Sequence record: SRR2962707_3069
Strand: one strand, 5' to 3'
DNA length: 42,640 nucleotides
The notes below the pieces were generated by a model that worked only from the letters and a program-made list of their open reading frames with translations, ran no database searches and was not told the origin of the DNA. A program made the translations under genes and the position numbers. Below, in pieces: positions 39,527 through 42,640 of the stretch (positions are counted from its first letter, which is position 1; the number at the start of each line of letters is the position of its first letter).

Positions 39527-40891
39527 ATGATTCCTGATATCAAAAGCACCAACCATCAAGCTCTATCAAATAAGGCGCCTTCAAGCTTAACTGCGCAGAC
39601 CGGCACCATCAGCCAATTGCAAAGTGAAATCAAATTAATCAAAGAGTTAAGCCTGATACGGGTTCAAGGCAGCGAGACCTTATCCTTTCAAGGAAAACCC
39701 GCCCAACTGCTGAGTGTAACAACAAGCCAGCAACAGCCAATTACCTTGATCAATACCGGCCCAAGAATAGCCGTTGACGGTCAACAAACCGCCACACTCA
39801 CACGCGCAGCGCAAAACCAAGCCAGCTTAACGTTCTCGGATAACAAACCAAATGACGTAAACAGCACAATCAATAACCTCAGTGTTGCGTCACGCATGAT
39901 CACCTTAACGACTTTAGCGGCCTCAACCAACAGCAATGGCAGTCATCTAACGCAAGTTTCTGATGGCCACAATCAGTTTCAAATTGCCAGCCAAACACCT
40001 CTGCAACCAGGCGAAAAAATTCGAGTTCTGCTCGATGCAAACAATCAGCTGCAAGTCATCCCAAGTAAACTGGCAACAACACCACCACAAATTGATGCTT
40101 TAAAACAAAGTTTACCTCAGCAATTGTCAGCACCTGAAATGGCTCAACTGATCAAGCAGTTGCAGGCCATCCATAATGCCTCACCGGCGTCCTTATCTCC
40201 TCAATCACAACGGGCGCTTGCTCAGTTAATCCAAAGCCTGCCCGCCCTAGAGCAACTCACTCAATCTCCTGACGCTATGAAGCAAGCGATTCAAACCAGC
40301 GGCCAATTTTCTGAATCCTTATTAAAAAACACCAATGCAGCCGCTCTGAATACAGACCTTAAGATGAACCTAACTCGATTGGAGAACGCGACCAATGACT
40401 CGCTGAGCCAACGTTCTTCCAACTTCCCAACCGAACAAGTCGCCAACGCTATTGAACGAATCACCACAAACCAATTGCGGCATTTTTCAGACCTTAATCA
40501 GGTCAATGCGCAAACGTACCCCTTGTACATAGAACTGCCGATCAAGGACCACCAGAACACCAGTCTAGTGCAATTACAAATAGATCAAGAGGCACAAGAT
40601 GACAACGCACAGGATCATGAACGACGCTGGTTAGTAAAACTTAACTTTGATTTTGAAGAAACAGGACGATTCGAGGCAAGGGCCGGAATTCAGGAAAATA
40701 AAGTCGGCATCTTATTTGCCGCCGAAGACGCAGTAACAATAGCGGCTATCAAACACCAAATGGCAGACTTGAAACAACAGCTTATTGAGAAGAATATTGA
40801 AGTACAAAGGCTCGACGTGTTTCAGACAACGTTGTCAGAAGATAAGCTAAAAAGCCCTACTCAAACCTCGTTAATCGATGTGAGGACCTAA
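39527..40891 (+). CDS. FliK-like protein with a C-terminal Flg_hook/T3S4-type domain
   Basis: Q/S/T-rich low-complexity body, IELP..VQLQI..W.VKLNFDFEETG C-domain; coupled to the FlhB-C-like gene. Confidence 0.75.
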   Translation: MIPDIKSTNHQALSNKAPSSLTAQTGTISQLQSEIKLIKELSLIRVQGSETLSFQGKPAQLLSVTTSQQQPITLINTGPRIAVDGQQTATLTRAAQNQASLTFSDNKPNDVNSTINNLSVASRMITLTTLAASTNSNGSHLTQVSDGHNQFQIASQTPLQPGEKIRVLLDANNQLQVIPSKLATTPPQIDALKQSLPQQLSAPEMAQLIKQLQAIHNASPASLSPQSQRALAQLIQSLPALEQLTQSPDAMKQAIQTSGQFSESLLKNTNAAALNTDLKMNLTRLENATNDSLSQRSSNFPTEQVANAIERITTNQLRHFSDLNQVNAQTYPLYIELPIKDHQNTSLVQLQIDQEAQDDNAQDHERRWLVKLNFDFEETGRFEARAGIQENKVGILFAAEDAVTIAAIKHQMADLKQQLIEKNIEVQRLDVFQTTLSEDKLKSPTQTSLIDVRT

Positions 40892-41145
40892 TGAAAAAAG
40901 CCGTCGCTCTGAAGTATGACTACAGCCTAGCCCCAACCATTGCCGCCAAAGGCTCTGGTTATTTAGCGGAACGTATCATGGCGGTTGCCAAAGAGAATGA
41001 TGTAGTGCTTCACCAAAGCCCTGAGCTAGTAGAGATGTTAAGCACTCTTGAGCTCGGTGAAGAAATTCCGGAAGCATTATATCTAGCGGTCGCCGAGATT
41101 ATTGCCTTTGCCCATAATATTAAAAATAACTGGCCACAAAACTAA
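40891..41145 (+). CDS. Stand-alone FlhB C-terminal-like (EscU/YscU/HrcU; FlhX/YlqH-like) protein
   Basis: KAVALKY..APTIAAKG and EIPEALYLAVAEII motifs; no TM and no NPTH. Confidence 0.9.
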   Translation: MKKAVALKYDYSLAPTIAAKGSGYLAERIMAVAKENDVVLHQSPELVEMLSTLELGEEIPEALYLAVAEIIAFAHNIKNNWPQN

Positions 41146-41171
41146 AACCCAAAAATGGCGAGACGCGTTAA

Positions 41172-41576
41172 TTAATGGTAATCAGAGTTATGTCGTGACT
41201 CTTTTTTCAATAGGCTGATCAACTCAGCCTCGGCTCGTATTAAGCCACATTTAGACACAAGGTCGTCGATCGTTGCGCCCATTTCTAACAGCTCCATGGC
41301 ACGATTATAAGAAACGCTGCCTTCTTTCGAAAGAAGTTCGGACTGCCTTTCAACCGCCATGTTTAGTTTTTTCTCAATGGCCACCAAACGTCGTCCCATG
41401 CCAATCGAACCTGATGCCAATACCTGCACCTGTTTCTTTTGGTTCACCGTTTCATTTTGGTGCTGAATATTCATCTGTTTAATGCGCTTCGATAAACGCA
41501 TCGCCCACACCGCCAATGCCAATAACATGACAAATTGCAGAATGAGCAGAAGGTTAAATAACCATTGAGATTCCAT
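41172..41576 (-). CDS. DUF2802 domain protein
   Basis: N-terminal TM, SYNRA..L..GA..DDL..CGL.RAEAELI; follows cheW. Confidence 0.88.
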   Translation of the reverse strand: MESQWLFNLLLILQFVMLLALAVWAMRLSKRIKQMNIQHQNETVNQKKQVQVLASGSIGMGRRLVAIEKKLNMAVERQSELLSKEGSVSYNRAMELLEMGATIDDLVSKCGLIRAEAELISLLKKESRHNSDYH

Positions 41577-41597
41577 TGGGTGCTGCTACCTTCGAAC

Positions 41598-42098
41598 TTA
41601 CATTGAGCCTATTTCAGACCATTCATCTTCAGAAAGAAGTTTATCAAGGTCCACTAAAATAAGCAGGGTATCATTTTTATGGCACACACCTTGAATAAAT
41701 TTCGATGCTTCATCATTACCGACATTTGGTGTCACTTCTATTTCTGACTGGCGTAAGTACACCACTTCAGAAACCGCGTCCACTAAGATCCCAACGACAT
41801 GCCCTTCTACTTCTAAGATCATGATGCGAGTGGTGTCAGTGATTTCGCCTGAAGGCAAATCAAATCGCTGACAAGTGTCCATTACGGTCACCACAGTCCC
41901 ACGCAAATGAATGATACCAAGAACAAAGCTCGGTGCGCCCGGTACCGGTGCAATATCGGTATAACGCAACACCTCTTTGACCTGCATAACATTGACGCCG
42001 TAGGTTTCATTTTCCAATCGAAACGTCACCCATTGCAACATTGGGTCTTCTGCTTGCTTAGACTCTTTTAGTGCTCTACCTGTTGTTGTCACACTCAT
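41598..42098 (-). CDS. cheW: Chemotaxis coupling protein CheW
   Basis: QWVTFRL..ETYGVNVMQVKEV and VPGAP..LGII.LRG motifs. Confidence 0.96.
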   Translation of the reverse strand: MSVTTTGRALKESKQAEDPMLQWVTFRLENETYGVNVMQVKEVLRYTDIAPVPGAPSFVLGIIHLRGTVVTVMDTCQRFDLPSGEITDTTRIMILEVEGHVVGILVDAVSEVVYLRQSEIEVTPNVGNDEASKFIQGVCHKNDTLLILVDLDKLLSEDEWSEIGSM

Positions 42099-42129
42099 TC
42101 CTCAAGATCATCAAACAATTAATACACTG

Positions 42130-42640
42130 TTATTTAAGCGGCTTTTTAAAGCCATTATCTGGATCATCTAACAATTCAATAAACCCTTGTACGTCCAGTA
42201 TGGCACACATGTGGTCGATCACAGTGCCCGCCAACCAGGGTCTTTTGCTTCTATCACTACGCCATTTCACTTGTGATGGCTGCAAAGAAATTGCCTCTGC
42301 AACTCGCTCACACCCTAATGACCAGTCGGATCGATCGAGCTGAATCACAAATTTAAAATGCTCTTTGAGCTCGCCTTTATAATGATTCGGCATAACCCAA
42401 CGGGCGGTGTCCACACAGCGTAGATTAAAATCTCCCACATTAGCAACACCCATAAACCAATCTGGCTGACCAAAAATAGACGTTAACTTCTCATCGCTGC
42501 TTTGGAAAATACCGCCAAGTTCAATCAATGGCACTGCCATTTTTAAACCGCCGACATAAAACAGTAAGCATTCAAAACGTCCGGTTGCCCAAGGCAAAGG
42601 TTCTGTTTTTGCAACGCTAGTACGCAATTCTGGCTCTGGA
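42130..42640 (-). CDS. CheW-domain protein (5'-truncated by window end)
   Basis: FECLLF.V.GL..AVPL and WLAGTV..MCA motifs; the frame stays open (PEPE..) to the window edge. Confidence 0.85.
   Translation of the reverse strand, partial: PEPELRTSVAKTEPLPWATGRFECLLFYVGGLKMAVPLIELGGIFQSSDEKLTSIFGQPDWFMGVANVGDFNLRCVDTARWVMPNHYKGELKEHFKFVIQLDRSDWSLGCERVAEAISLQPSQVKWRSDRSKRPWLAGTVIDHMCAILDVQGFIELLDDPDNGFKKPLK

Overview
This is core-genome DNA from a marine gammaproteobacterium; gene order and protein sequences look Oceanospirillales/Marinomonas-like (inference). It starts in the 3' end of tRNA-Gln. It then carries an outer-membrane beta-barrel gene, clpB-pgeF-rluD/bamD, a GST, two cold-shock genes, a short DTW-domain gene, an FAH-family gene, a porin, YaiL, ldhA plus a LysR, a GFA gene, a second LysR plus a VOC gene, grxD/argF-metR, an RstAB-like two-component pair, rluB-yciO-PHP/yciB-yciI, a SelW-like gene, ppiA-mnmC, cysE, yheU-ligA-zipA, the full ccmABCDEFGHI operon (ccmD is missing from the ORF track), a FliK-like plus FlhB-C-like pair, and the end of a che operon. 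I see no CRISPR array, mobile element, prophage or defence system, and no clearly new multi-gene system. The best leads are: (1) smc and scpAB are both absent from their usual loci; (2) sigma28 and sigma70 promoters appear to face each other between the fliK-like gene and ccmA; (3) an intrinsic terminator splits rluD from pgeF; (4) the porin leader has an ompA-like 5'-terminal stem-loop; (5) both csp genes have long leaders; (6) metR has a MetR box and may be near-leaderless; (7) a candidate 30-aa small protein. All calls come from reading the sequence by eye, with no searches run.
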